64,000 nucleotides of DNA from Planctomycetota bacterium. Lineage in GTDB: Bacteria > Planctomycetota > JAMOSO01. The translations under genes were made by a program, and so were the position numbers. Positions 9,735-19,155 of the stretch are shown here, piece by piece. Below the pieces are notes generated by a model that was not told the DNA's origin, did not search any database, and saw only the letters and a program-made list of their open reading frames with translations. The stretch covers positions 1,290-65,289 of the forward strand of contig JAMOSO010000007.1 of the NCBI GenBank assembly GCA_027063065.1. Reading direction: 5' to 3'. Every line of letters begins with the position of its first letter. Positions within the stretch are counted from its first letter, which is position 1.

Positions 9735-10810
9735 AATTTAGCAGTTGGAGAAAGTAGCGCATTACAGTTCTTGCAGTGCATTTCTTGGGCAGCCCCACAC
9801 AGTGGACAAAATTTAGAGTCTTTAGGAATAGCTTGATTGCATTTTACACAGCTTTGTTCTTGTATGTGTAACGATTGGCCGCATCCACCACAAAATTTAG
9901 CATTGCTAGGTGATTGTTGTTGGCATTTAGGGCAGATTATAACTTCTTTTGGTTGTATTTGCTCTTGAGCTTTACCCATCATTCCGCCAAGATTAGCACC
10001 TACCATCATACCCATCATGTCCCCAGTGCCTCCTTGGTTATTGGCAGCATCTCTTAAAGCTTTTGCTTGTTGGTATTGGGCATATTGATTTAAATTGCCA
10101 ACGGCGCTCATTGATGCGCGTTCGTCAATGGCATTTTGTACGTCATCTGGCAAGCTGATGTTTTCTAGGGTAAAAGATAATAGCTCTAATCCCATTTTGA
10201 TGAAATAGCCATTTAATTTTGTTTTTATAGCATCACTTATTTCATCATATTGTGCAGCTAAATCTAAGGCTGGTATTTTAAGCTCTGCGATTGCATCCGA
10301 AAATGATGATACAATTTTAGTACGCACTTGATCTTCTAGAGCATCGGCAAAAAACTCTTCGCCAGCTCCTACAAATCGACTTAGCATATTTTCTTGTTCA
10401 CCAATTTTATAAGAATAATTACCTCTACATCTTAATCTGACAATGCCAAAGTCAATATCGCGTAACATAATTGGATTTGGAGTACCCCATTTGCGATTTA
10501 ATTGTTCTGTAGTATCAATAAAATAAATTTCAGCTTTGAATGGCGAATTAAACCCATATTTCCATCCATATAAGGTGGATAGTATGGGCATATTTTTGGT
10601 TTCTAGCGTATATGTACCAGCTTCAAACTGATCGGCAATTTTGCCTTCACGCACAAAGATGGCTTTTTGGCCTGGACGCACAATAAGTTGTGCTCCCATT
10701 TTGATTTCATTTTGATAGCGATTAAATCTATGTACCAACAAACCGTCTGTTTTATCAGTCCATTCAATAATATCTATAAATTCATTTTTTAATTTATTAA
10801 ATAATCCCAT
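9704..10810 (-). CDS. SPFH/Band-7 domain protein with three C-terminal zinc-ribbon modules
   Basis: 368 aa. The N-terminal 250 aa have Band-7 character. A Gly/Met-rich linker follows. Then come three tandem CxxC-x10-11-CxxC ribbons (CPKCQ...CGGCG; CVKCN...CPLCG; CKNCN...CPECG). Confidence 0.7.
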   Translation of the reverse strand: MGLFNKLKNEFIDIIEWTDKTDGLLVHRFNRYQNEIKMGAQLIVRPGQKAIFVREGKIADQFEAGTYTLETKNMPILSTLYGWKYGFNSPFKAEIYFIDTTEQLNRKWGTPNPIMLRDIDFGIVRLRCRGNYSYKIGEQENMLSRFVGAGEEFFADALEDQVRTKIVSSFSDAIAELKIPALDLAAQYDEISDAIKTKLNGYFIKMGLELLSFTLENISLPDDVQNAIDERASMSAVGNLNQYAQYQQAKALRDAANNQGGTGDMMGMMVGANLGGMMGKAQEQIQPKEVIICPKCQQQSPSNAKFCGGCGQSLHIQEQSCVKCNQAIPKDSKFCPLCGAAQEMHCKNCNALLSPTAKFCPECGNSQA

Positions 10811-10908
10811 ATTCCTCCTAACATAAAGATTTTTAATTTACTAATAGTATAGCCTTATTTATAAATAATAAACTTGAATTTTTTTTAATAGCAGTTATTA
10901 CTTTTGGT

Positions 10909-11724
10909 ATGTTTAAAATTAGTGTTATTATTCCTACATATAATCGACCGTTACAAACTTTATCTGCAATTAATTCTGTATTGGCTCAAACGTATAAAAA
11001 TTATGAATTAATAGTAGTCGATGATGGTTCAGAAAAACTCTTAGATACTTCTATATTGCAAAAGCACAATAATTGTCGCGTGCTTTTATTAGATAAAAAT
11101 TATGGGGTTTCTACTGCACGCAATGAAGGTATTAAGGCGTCTAACGGTAATTGGATAGCTTTTTTAGATAGTGATGACATTTGGCATTGTGATAAATTAA
11201 GACAGCAGGTTTTATATTTAAAACAAAATTTAGAATGTCAGATAGTACAAACTCAGGAGCAATGGATTAGGCATGGTAAAAAAGTTAACCAGCCCAAAAA
11301 ATGGCATAAAAAACAAGGTTGGATTTTTGAGCTTTCTTTGCAACGTTGTACTATTAGTCCTTCGTCAGTGTTGATTCAACGTAGTTTATTAGATGAAGTT
11401 GGTTGGTTTAATCCTAATTATTTAGCCTGTGAGGACTATGATTTATGGTTGCGAATAACATTAATTAGGCCTGTTGGTTTAGTAAATAAAATTTTAATGA
11501 CTAAATATGGAGGGGCTTCAGATCAATTATCTACATCTGTACAGAAGCAAGATATTTTTAGAATAAAGGCATTGCATAATATTTTAACATATGATTTAAA
11601 TATTAATCAACGTGAAGCTGTATTGGATTGTTTAAATAAAAAAATTGAAATAGTAGTAAATGGTTTTAAAAAACGTGGTAAATTAGCAGAGGCTGAAAAT
11701 TTTTATATTGATTTTCATACTTAG
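10909..11724 (+). CDS. family 2 glycosyltransferase
   Basis: 'ISVIIPTYNRP...ELIVVDDGS' opening, plus a 'DSDD' (DxD) motif at about residue 88. Confidence 0.75.
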   Translation: MFKISVIIPTYNRPLQTLSAINSVLAQTYKNYELIVVDDGSEKLLDTSILQKHNNCRVLLLDKNYGVSTARNEGIKASNGNWIAFLDSDDIWHCDKLRQQVLYLKQNLECQIVQTQEQWIRHGKKVNQPKKWHKKQGWIFELSLQRCTISPSSVLIQRSLLDEVGWFNPNYLACEDYDLWLRITLIRPVGLVNKILMTKYGGASDQLSTSVQKQDIFRIKALHNILTYDLNINQREAVLDCLNKKIEIVVNGFKKRGKLAEAENFYIDFHT

Positions 11725-11792
11725 CCTAGATAAGATGTTTGCATACTGCTTGTATATGCAACATATAAATTAAATTATAGTTAGAGAAAATT

Positions 11793-12674
11793 ATGAAATT
11801 TGTTAATCCTCAAAATGATTTTGCATTTAAAAAGATATTTGGTAATGAACAAAAAACATCTATTTTGGTTTCTTTATTAAATTCAGTTTTAGATTTTAAA
11901 GGTCAAAATAAGATAAAAAGCGTATCGATAGCTAATCCATATCAAGTTCCAAAGATTGATGCGTTAAAAGAAACAGTCTTAGATGTTAAAGCAGTAAATC
12001 GGCGAGGAGAGAGTTTTATTGTAGAAATGCAAAGAAAAGACAATCATGATTTTGCTAAGCGAAGCTTATATTATACTTCTAAAGCTTATGTGTCTCAGTT
12101 AGAGCCAGGAGTACAGCACGGGTATGCTAATTTAAAAAAAGTTTATTTTATAGGTTTTTTAAATTTTAATATGTTTGCAGGAGACAACTATATAAGTAGA
12201 CATTTAATTTTAAATAAAGACACGCTCAAACAAGAAATTAATGATTTTGAGTTTACTTTTATAGAACTGACAAAATTTAAAAAAAAGTTATCAGATTTAA
12301 CTACGGTATTAGATAAATGGATATATTTTATCAATAATGTACAGAATTTAACTATGATACCTCAGGAATTTTCTAATTTAGATGAATTTAAATTAGCTTT
12401 TGATACCGCTAATCAGTGTTGTTGGGATGCTAAGGAATTAGAAATTTATGAATATATGGCATTTAAAGAATATGAAGACCGCATGTACGTGCAACGTGAA
12501 ATAGCTAAAGGTGTTCAAAAAGGCATTGAGCAAGGCATTGAGCAAGGCATTGAGCAAGGCATTGAGCAAGCGAAAATTGAGACTGCTAAAAATCTTAAAG
12601 CTTTAAATATAGATGTTAATGTAATTGCTAAATCAACAGGGTTATCTATAAGACAAATTGATAATATTCATTAA
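11793..12674 (+). CDS. Rpn/YhgA-like PD-(D/E)XK recombination-promoting nuclease / putative transposase
   Basis: 293 aa. The 'FAFKKIFG' N-terminus, a 'LDVKAV...ESFIVEMQ' D...E-x-Q nuclease-core pattern and 'FIELTKF' are characteristic of the YhgA-like family. The C-terminal tail contains (GIEQ)x4. Confidence 0.65.
   Translation: MKFVNPQNDFAFKKIFGNEQKTSILVSLLNSVLDFKGQNKIKSVSIANPYQVPKIDALKETVLDVKAVNRRGESFIVEMQRKDNHDFAKRSLYYTSKAYVSQLEPGVQHGYANLKKVYFIGFLNFNMFAGDNYISRHLILNKDTLKQEINDFEFTFIELTKFKKKLSDLTTVLDKWIYFINNVQNLTMIPQEFSNLDEFKLAFDTANQCCWDAKELEIYEYMAFKEYEDRMYVQREIAKGVQKGIEQGIEQGIEQGIEQAKIETAKNLKALNIDVNVIAKSTGLSIRQIDNIH
12523..12570 (+). repeat. perfect 12-nt tandem repeat x4 (ggcattgagcaa) inside the Rpn-like CDS
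   Basis: Seen directly. It encodes GIEQGIEQGIEQGIEQ in frame. Confidence 0.9.
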
Positions 12675-12756
12675 GAAATACTATTTGATATACGTTATAT
12701 ATTTGCAATTTTATATTTGTAACATACACTAAATGAATTAAGTTCAATGGAGTCTA

Positions 12757-13689
12757 ATGCAAAATGCAATAGAAATTAAGGGATTGACTAAATTCTATAG
12801 GGGTAAATTTTTTAGATTAAGTGTTAATCCATCTTTGGATAATTTAAATTTAAATATACCTCAAGGTTGTGTATTTGGTTTTTTAGGCCATAACGGAGCG
12901 GGTAAGACTACTGCTATTAAGTGTTTAATGGACTTGATTAAACCGACAAAAGGCAGTGTTACTATTTTTGATTTGCCTGTCGATAGTAAAGAGGCTCGCA
13001 AAAAAATTGGTTATTTACCAGATGCTCCATCGTTTAGTTCTCATTTGTCCCCTAATCAGTTTTTAAAAACTTGTGCTAAATTAGTAGGCCTAGATTGGCA
13101 ACTTCGTAAGCAACGCATAGAGGAGGTCTTAACTGATGTGGGTATGCTTGAGTATGCTTCAAATAATATGGGTTCTTTTTCGCGTGGTATGATGCAGCGA
13201 ATCGGTATTGCTCAAGCTTTATTAAATAAGCCTGAGCTTTTGATTTTAGATGAACCTTTAGTAGGCTTAGATCCTCAAGGTCGCAGAGATTTATTAACAA
13301 TAGTACAGAAGCAAAAAGAATTAGGTACAACTGTTTTTTTTTGTTCACATATTTTATCTGATGTAGAAAAACTATGTGATTCGGTGGGCATTTTAAGTAA
13401 AGGTAAACTATTATTTGCTGGCGCTTTAAATCAGTTGACAAGCAGTGATGGGATCGTGGTTAAGTTTCCGGCGGAACACTTAGCAATAGCTCAATCTTTT
13501 ATGATGCAAGCAGATAGTTCAAAAAAAATAGATGATGGTGGCGTGGCATTAGAGTTTATTACAAATAATAATTGGCAATTAATTAAAAGAGCATCATTGC
13601 CTTCAAATGTGATAATAGAGGCGCATCATGGAACTTTAGAGGAAGAATTTTTTAAATTAACAGGTGAGGATACACCAGGCAATACATAA
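12757..13689 (+). CDS. ABC transporter ATP-binding protein (ABC-2 subfamily)
   Basis: Walker A 'GHNGAGKTT', signature-like 'FSRGMMQRIGIAQAL' and Walker B 'LLILDEP'. Confidence 0.85.
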   Translation: MQNAIEIKGLTKFYRGKFFRLSVNPSLDNLNLNIPQGCVFGFLGHNGAGKTTAIKCLMDLIKPTKGSVTIFDLPVDSKEARKKIGYLPDAPSFSSHLSPNQFLKTCAKLVGLDWQLRKQRIEEVLTDVGMLEYASNNMGSFSRGMMQRIGIAQALLNKPELLILDEPLVGLDPQGRRDLLTIVQKQKELGTTVFFCSHILSDVEKLCDSVGILSKGKLLFAGALNQLTSSDGIVVKFPAEHLAIAQSFMMQADSSKKIDDGGVALEFITNNNWQLIKRASLPSNVIIEAHHGTLEEEFFKLTGEDTPGNT

Positions 13690-13694
13690 CTAAA

Positions 13695-14435
13695 ATGGAG
13701 ATAGGCATGGATGAGGTCAATGCGATAGCAGAAGGTGTGTGGGGTAGGATTTTACGTATGAAAATATTGTATTTTTTGATAGGTTGTGCTTGGTTGCATA
13801 TAATTTTATCATCACAGTATGAAGCTTTAATGTTAAAAGAACAAAAGATGTTAATGGCAGATATGTCATTTTTTTTGGCGGGATTAGGTGCTGTTTTAAG
13901 TGTTTTAACTTTAACTTTTGATTTGTCTAAAGATTTGCGTCAAGGTACAGCTATCGCTTATTTGTCTAAGTCTGTTAGTCGCACTCAGTATATTTTTGGT
14001 AAATTTTTAGGCACTGTTTGGGTTGGCGTTGTTGTGACCGTATTAATTGCCATAGGTTTTTTTATGATTCATAATGCCACTTATGGCTCTTTACCTGTAG
14101 TAATGGTAAAGGCGCATTTACTTATTATAATTTCAGTTTTACCCATGGCGGCAATAGCTTTGTTTTTTTCTACTATATTGTCTGAAGCTGCCGCTGCTGT
14201 TTTAACGGTAGCAACAATTTGGATGGCTTATTCAGCTAATGCAATTAGTTCTGTATCTATGTTATATGGTGGCATTGTGCCAGATTTAAGCTTATTTAAT
14301 ATGCGTATGGAGGCGGTTCATGGCACACAATTTGGCTGGTCTTATATAGGTTTAGCATTTATATGGAGTGTTGTTTATTCTGTTGGATTAGTTTCATTGT
14401 CAGGCATCTTTTTTAATAAACGTGATCTTGGTTAA
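13695..14435 (+). CDS. ABC-2 type transporter permease
   Basis: 246 aa with about six hydrophobic helices. It lies 5 nt after the ATPase gene. Confidence 0.55.
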   Translation: MEIGMDEVNAIAEGVWGRILRMKILYFLIGCAWLHIILSSQYEALMLKEQKMLMADMSFFLAGLGAVLSVLTLTFDLSKDLRQGTAIAYLSKSVSRTQYIFGKFLGTVWVGVVVTVLIAIGFFMIHNATYGSLPVVMVKAHLLIIISVLPMAAIALFFSTILSEAAAAVLTVATIWMAYSANAISSVSMLYGGIVPDLSLFNMRMEAVHGTQFGWSYIGLAFIWSVVYSVGLVSLSGIFFNKRDLG

Positions 14436-14446
14436 GGAGGCTTACA

Positions 14447-15427
14447 ATGGATTCAAATAAAAAATTAATTGTTACATTTATTTGTTGTTTTGTAATTGCT
14501 GGTGTATTGGCAATCAAACTTAATAGGGTACAACATCAAGTTTCTCCAACTCGTAAGTTAGTGGACAATTTACCTGTGGCTGGGTCGCAAAAATTATTAG
14601 CTGATATACAATGGATGCAATTTATTCAGTATATAGGTCGTCAAAAAACTTTAGATAAATCTAGTGCTGCAAATGTCGAAAAGCGCTTAAATAACATTAT
14701 TGATTTAGATCCAGATTTTGCAAAAGTCTATTATGATGGTGCTTTAGTTTTGATGAATGATAACCCTGACGGCGCTTTAAAAGTGTTAGAAAAAGGTATG
14801 TTACATCCAATTATTGGTCGTAATTGGCGTTTATATATGCTTGCAGGTCATATTTTAATTCAGGGAGAAAGGGCAAATCGTCATGCACATCTACCTATAA
14901 ATTATAATCGTGTCAAACGTGCGGCATTATATTTTAAAAAAGCAATGAATTGTGCAGATTCGCAAAATTATGTAGTTAATCAATGGCTACAAGCAGAAGC
15001 TTTTAATGCTAGTGAAACTGCTAGTCATTTGACTCAGTTGCAGACTATGCTGAGATTGTACAAAAAGCATTTAACTGATATGCAAGATAATGAAAATGAA
15101 ATGTCTACGGGTATTTTTGGTAAATATGATACACAAGAATTTATTGATAAAATGATATCTGAGGCTTTAGAATTGCGTCAAGAAAGTGAAAATCAAAAAG
15201 GTCTGAAAGCGTTATTAGATGAAGTAGTGTTGACTGTTTTTCCTAATCAAGAAATAGACCCTTATACTTTACGCCCATATCCTGCAGGTTTTAGGTTTTC
15301 TCCACAAACAGGAAAGCCATTAAAGGTACATGGTGTGTGCAAGCATTGTGGACGTGTGTTGAAGGGACCATTTTGTTGGTATGATGGTACTGATAATGTG
15401 GCAGAGTGGAATAAATCTAAGCACTAA
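14447..15427 (+). CDS. membrane-anchored helical (TPR-like) protein with C-terminal Cys4 ribbon
   Basis: N-terminal TM (LIVTFICCFVIAGVLAI), a strong SD (aaggagg), and C-terminal 'CKHCGRVLKGPFCWYDG'. Confidence 0.5.
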   Translation: MDSNKKLIVTFICCFVIAGVLAIKLNRVQHQVSPTRKLVDNLPVAGSQKLLADIQWMQFIQYIGRQKTLDKSSAANVEKRLNNIIDLDPDFAKVYYDGALVLMNDNPDGALKVLEKGMLHPIIGRNWRLYMLAGHILIQGERANRHAHLPINYNRVKRAALYFKKAMNCADSQNYVVNQWLQAEAFNASETASHLTQLQTMLRLYKKHLTDMQDNENEMSTGIFGKYDTQEFIDKMISEALELRQESENQKGLKALLDEVVLTVFPNQEIDPYTLRPYPAGFRFSPQTGKPLKVHGVCKHCGRVLKGPFCWYDGTDNVAEWNKSKH

Positions 15428-15441
15428 GTGTTTGGTCTTAG

Positions 15442-16140
15442 TTGATGGTCATTAAAAGAAAAGTTATTAGTTTATTTACGCTAATGCTTTTCTTTTTTTT
15501 ATATTTGGTTGCCGAGCGTGGTTTACGTACGCAAGTATATGATAATGCTCAATTAAATAGTTTTGATTATCGAAAAACTATGGAAATGTTACCAGAGTTT
15601 TTGAGAATAGCATTGGAGCATCAGGTATTATTGGTTGAAAAACGTAAAAATGTTAATAATGCTAAAGGCGATGCTAAAATTAAGGCAATGTACATTTTAG
15701 CTGATGAGTATGGTTTAGGTATTAATTTTAGTGATTTAATGTTGCAAATAACACAAGATTCTAAGTTAAGAAATTCCAAATACGCTAGTCGCGCTTGGTT
15801 ACATGTGTTAAAGGGCAAATCAGACAAAAATGTATTAGCAATTTATTTGCAATATTTGCACTCTATTAAAAAAGCGACTCATACAGACTTGATAGATTTG
15901 TTTAAATCTGGTTTACAGTTGGCACCTTTTGCAGAAGAAGAGGTTAAATTAAAGTATTATTTAAATATGGCAAAAAATAATTTGATTGATAAAACTTTGA
16001 TAGATGCTTATGAAGACTTTGTGTTATTGTCATTTAAAGATGCAAATATAAAACAAATAGCAGAGAAATATTTAAAAGCATCTAAAGATGATTTATTGCA
16101 ATTTGAAGCCTCTCAAGCACGTAAAAGGGCTACAAAATAA
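15442..16140 (+). CDS. membrane-anchored hypothetical protein
   Basis: Single N-terminal TM, the remainder helical. Same tight operon. Confidence 0.45.
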   Translation: MMVIKRKVISLFTLMLFFFLYLVAERGLRTQVYDNAQLNSFDYRKTMEMLPEFLRIALEHQVLLVEKRKNVNNAKGDAKIKAMYILADEYGLGINFSDLMLQITQDSKLRNSKYASRAWLHVLKGKSDKNVLAIYLQYLHSIKKATHTDLIDLFKSGLQLAPFAEEEVKLKYYLNMAKNNLIDKTLIDAYEDFVLLSFKDANIKQIAEKYLKASKDDLLQFEASQARKRATK

Positions 16141-16141
16141 T

Positions 16142-16888
16142 ATGTGGGCTATAGCATGTCATACTTTGTATAAGGTCAAAGAGCCAGCTTTTGTATTATT
16201 GTTATTTGTAGGTGCTTTATTGGCTTGGTTTACTAAAGATATGGGTTGTATTTCGTTGATTGGTGAAGGTATTCATCGAGATAATATATTAATAGGTACA
16301 GTTATAATATTATCTTTTGGTGTAGTGGTGGCTTTGTTAGTAGGAGCAACAGAAATACCTAAGGATATGGACGCTAATATGATAGCAATTTTTTTAGGAA
16401 AATCTCTAAAACGAGAAGCGTATATTTTAGGTAAGGTAATAGGAGTTGCCATTTTAATTGTTAGCTGTTCAGGATTTTGGCTAACTTTACTTTTGTTAAG
16501 TCGTTATTGTTTTACGTTTGATAATGCAATCGAGGCTATGTCGTTTGTTGATATTTGTAGTCAATATTTCAGCTTACTTTTATTATTGCCTGTTTGTGCG
16601 CTTGCCATTTGTACATCGTGTTTATTTGGTGATTTGGGTGCTATGATTTTTAGTTTTATTTATATGGGTTGTTCTTTATTGGTGAGCATTGTACCTTATA
16701 TTTTAAAAATAGTTCCAAAGCCAATTAATTATATATTAGAAATACCTTATTATTTAGTGCCTAATGTTATGTATTTTGTCAGTAGTTTAGATGTCATAGG
16801 TTTTTTATATTTGGTTATGTATGCTTTAGTTATAGGTATGTGTTTTGTATTGATTGCACAAAATGTATTTAACAAGGCGGAGTTATAG
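16142..16888 (+). CDS. polytopic membrane protein (ABC-2 permease-like)
   Basis: About six TM helices. I moved the start to the Met at 16142, which abuts the upstream stop at 16140; the track ORF starts at 16088. Confidence 0.45.
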   Translation: MWAIACHTLYKVKEPAFVLLLFVGALLAWFTKDMGCISLIGEGIHRDNILIGTVIILSFGVVVALLVGATEIPKDMDANMIAIFLGKSLKREAYILGKVIGVAILIVSCSGFWLTLLLLSRYCFTFDNAIEAMSFVDICSQYFSLLLLLPVCALAICTSCLFGDLGAMIFSFIYMGCSLLVSIVPYILKIVPKPINYILEIPYYLVPNVMYFVSSLDVIGFLYLVMYALVIGMCFVLIAQNVFNKAEL

Positions 16889-17014
16889 GGCGCATTTAAA
16901 TCTTTTGTACTGTGATAAATTTCTTGAGAATAGGCATAACTTGTGTATCATTGTAATTTTATTATATTCGCTGTTTATGCTTTTGCGTATACAGTTTTGT
17001 TTTGAAAGAAATAT

Positions 17015-18781
17015 ATGAATCCACATACTTTTCATATCCCAGTACTTGGGACAGCCTTTACCATAGATACACCTATTAAGGTGGCTCGTTTTGGTATATC
17101 TTCTGTTATATCTTTAGCGGATGACTTTTTAATTGAAGATATGCGTAAAGTTTATGCTACCAAGTATTCTCAAGAATATACTCGTATTGAAAATAATGCT
17201 GAAGATGCTAGGGCACGTCGTATTACCAGTTATTTAAATTTAGTGAATTATATTGTTAATCAACAAATAGAAAATTTAAAACAAGAAGAATTTAAAGCTG
17301 ATACTGAAATTACTAAGTATTTTGAATTATTACCCGATGGTGTTTTAAAAACTAAATATCAAGCTATGTTAAATGCTTCGGCATCTGATAGACACAAATT
17401 AGAAGAAGAGTTGCGAGGAGCTATTAGGCCAGGTCGTATTGATGTTAATATTATGACTAAACTAGATAGGGATAATTATAAAAATCGTCAAAAGTTACCT
17501 TCTGAATTTAGTGATGCTTTAGCTGGCTTGCGTGGTTTTGCCCAAAGTGATTTAAGTAATGCGTGTGTTGTGTTTTCGGCTGGAATGAATCCTCGATTGT
17601 ATGGTTATGCTACAGAATTTAAAGATTTTTATCCAAATGAAGAAGGCGTCATTAAAAAAGGTATTATACTTAAGGTAAGTGATTATCGTTCTACAGCTAC
17701 GCAAGGTAAATTTTTAGCCAAGCGTGGTTTGTGGGTACAAGAATATAGGATAGAATCAGGCCTTAATTGTGGTGGTCACGCATTTGCTACTGCTGGGCTA
17801 TTAATGGGACCAATATTACAAGAATTTAAAGATAATCGTGATGATTTGCAGGCAAAGCTTGTTAAAATTTGGTTAAAGGGCATTGATAAGCAAAAGCATC
17901 AGGCTCATGGTTTAGAACCTAAGTTTGGCATTACTTATCAGGGAGGTTTAGGTAGTGCCCAAGAAAATAAATTTCTATGTACTTATTATAATTTAGAAGG
18001 TACTGGGTGGGGAACTCCATTTATGTTGGTACCAGAGGCTATCACAATAGATGATGATCATTTGTTAAAATTAGCTAAAGCTAAAACAGGTGATGTGTGC
18101 TTAAGTAAGGCGTCTCCATTAGGTGTGCCATTTTGGTTATTAAAGGCATCTTCTAGTGAAGACGAGCGCAAACAACGTATATCTGCAAATAAATCTGGTA
18201 GTCCTTGTCCTCAGGGTATATTAAAATTTGATACGGAATTTACTGAAGTGCCTATTTGTACGGCATCAAGGGGTTATCAAAATTTAAAATTAAAACAATT
18301 ACAAGATGCTAATTTAAGTGATGAACAAAGAGCAGAATTAATAGACGATGTTTTATGTAAAAGTTGTATTTGTAAAGATTTAGGTGGCTCAGCTCAGCTG
18401 ATATATAATGTTGTAAAACAGGTGGCCATTACTGTGTGCTCAGGGCCTAATATTGTAAATTTTTCGCAAACAGCAACTTTGCAAGAAATGGTGGATTTTA
18501 TTTATGGTCGAGTGAGTGGTTTAGCAGATTCTGATCGTCCGCATGTATTTTTAAATGAATTAAATATTTATATTGAATATTTCCGCACAGAATGGCATCG
18601 TTTTTCTATTGGGTTGTTAGACAAGAAAGATACTTATTTTAAAGAATTCCAACAAAATTTATTAAATGGTGTTGAATATTATAAAAATATTACTGAAAAT
18701 TTTATGGAAGATACACGTAGTACATTTTTGACAAGATTAGATGCTTTGCGCCGTGAAGTGGAACATTTAATTCCTGTATAG
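17015..18781 (+). CDS. conserved hypothetical protein, 588 aa, unknown fold
   Basis: Long intact ORF. Conserved-looking blocks are 'IPVLGTAFTIDTPIKVARFGISSVISLADD' and 'LNCGGHAFATAGLLMGP'. I could not assign a family. Confidence 0.5.
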   Translation: MNPHTFHIPVLGTAFTIDTPIKVARFGISSVISLADDFLIEDMRKVYATKYSQEYTRIENNAEDARARRITSYLNLVNYIVNQQIENLKQEEFKADTEITKYFELLPDGVLKTKYQAMLNASASDRHKLEEELRGAIRPGRIDVNIMTKLDRDNYKNRQKLPSEFSDALAGLRGFAQSDLSNACVVFSAGMNPRLYGYATEFKDFYPNEEGVIKKGIILKVSDYRSTATQGKFLAKRGLWVQEYRIESGLNCGGHAFATAGLLMGPILQEFKDNRDDLQAKLVKIWLKGIDKQKHQAHGLEPKFGITYQGGLGSAQENKFLCTYYNLEGTGWGTPFMLVPEAITIDDDHLLKLAKAKTGDVCLSKASPLGVPFWLLKASSSEDERKQRISANKSGSPCPQGILKFDTEFTEVPICTASRGYQNLKLKQLQDANLSDEQRAELIDDVLCKSCICKDLGGSAQLIYNVVKQVAITVCSGPNIVNFSQTATLQEMVDFIYGRVSGLADSDRPHVFLNELNIYIEYFRTEWHRFSIGLLDKKDTYFKEFQQNLLNGVEYYKNITENFMEDTRSTFLTRLDALRREVEHLIPV

Positions 18782-18785
18782 TCTT

Positions 18786-19085
18786 TTATATATCTAAAGC
18801 AGCTAATTGTTGTATAAAATATTGGTATAATATTTTTAATGCTAAAAAAGACGCTATGGTTATTGTTGTGCATAAAATAGTGATTATAACTTTAGTTGCT
18901 TTTTTGTATGTGGGATGAAACCAAATAAGCGGCAACATCAAAGGACCTACACATAAAAAAGAAAATACGATATTTGGAGTTCTATAATACCATCTAATTT
19001 GATTGCATCCGCAAAAACGACATTTAATAGCAGCATCTTGAATTTCTTCAGCACAAAAGAGGCATTTTTTCATTGTTTTTTCCAA
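18786..19085 (-). CDS. small zinc-ribbon membrane protein
   Basis: 99 aa. N-terminal 'CLFCAEE...CRFCGC' ribbon followed by two TM helices. Confidence 0.45.
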   Translation of the reverse strand: MEKTMKKCLFCAEEIQDAAIKCRFCGCNQIRWYYRTPNIVFSFLCVGPLMLPLIWFHPTYKKATKVIITILCTTITIASFLALKILYQYFIQQLAALDI

Positions 19086-19089
19086 TTAA

Positions 19090-19125
19090 ATAAAAAGGCC
19101 AGTTACTTATAACTGACCTTTTTAT
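19090..19125. terminator. rho-independent terminator (bidirectional hairpin) downstream of nrdJ
   Basis: 10-bp stem with one mismatch (aggccagtta/taactgacct) and a 4-nt loop, flanked by an A-run and a T-run. Confidence 0.55.
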
Positions 19126-19155
19126 AAAGTTTAATAAAATATCATATATGATATT

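Noticed and set aside
9616-9798. Treating the Gly/Ser-rich N-terminus of 7797..9734, and the overlap with 9704..10810, as a frameshifted single gene.
   Set aside because: Both ORFs have independent plausible starts. The upstream protein ends with a complete third zinc ribbon and a stop. The overlap is consistent with translational coupling.
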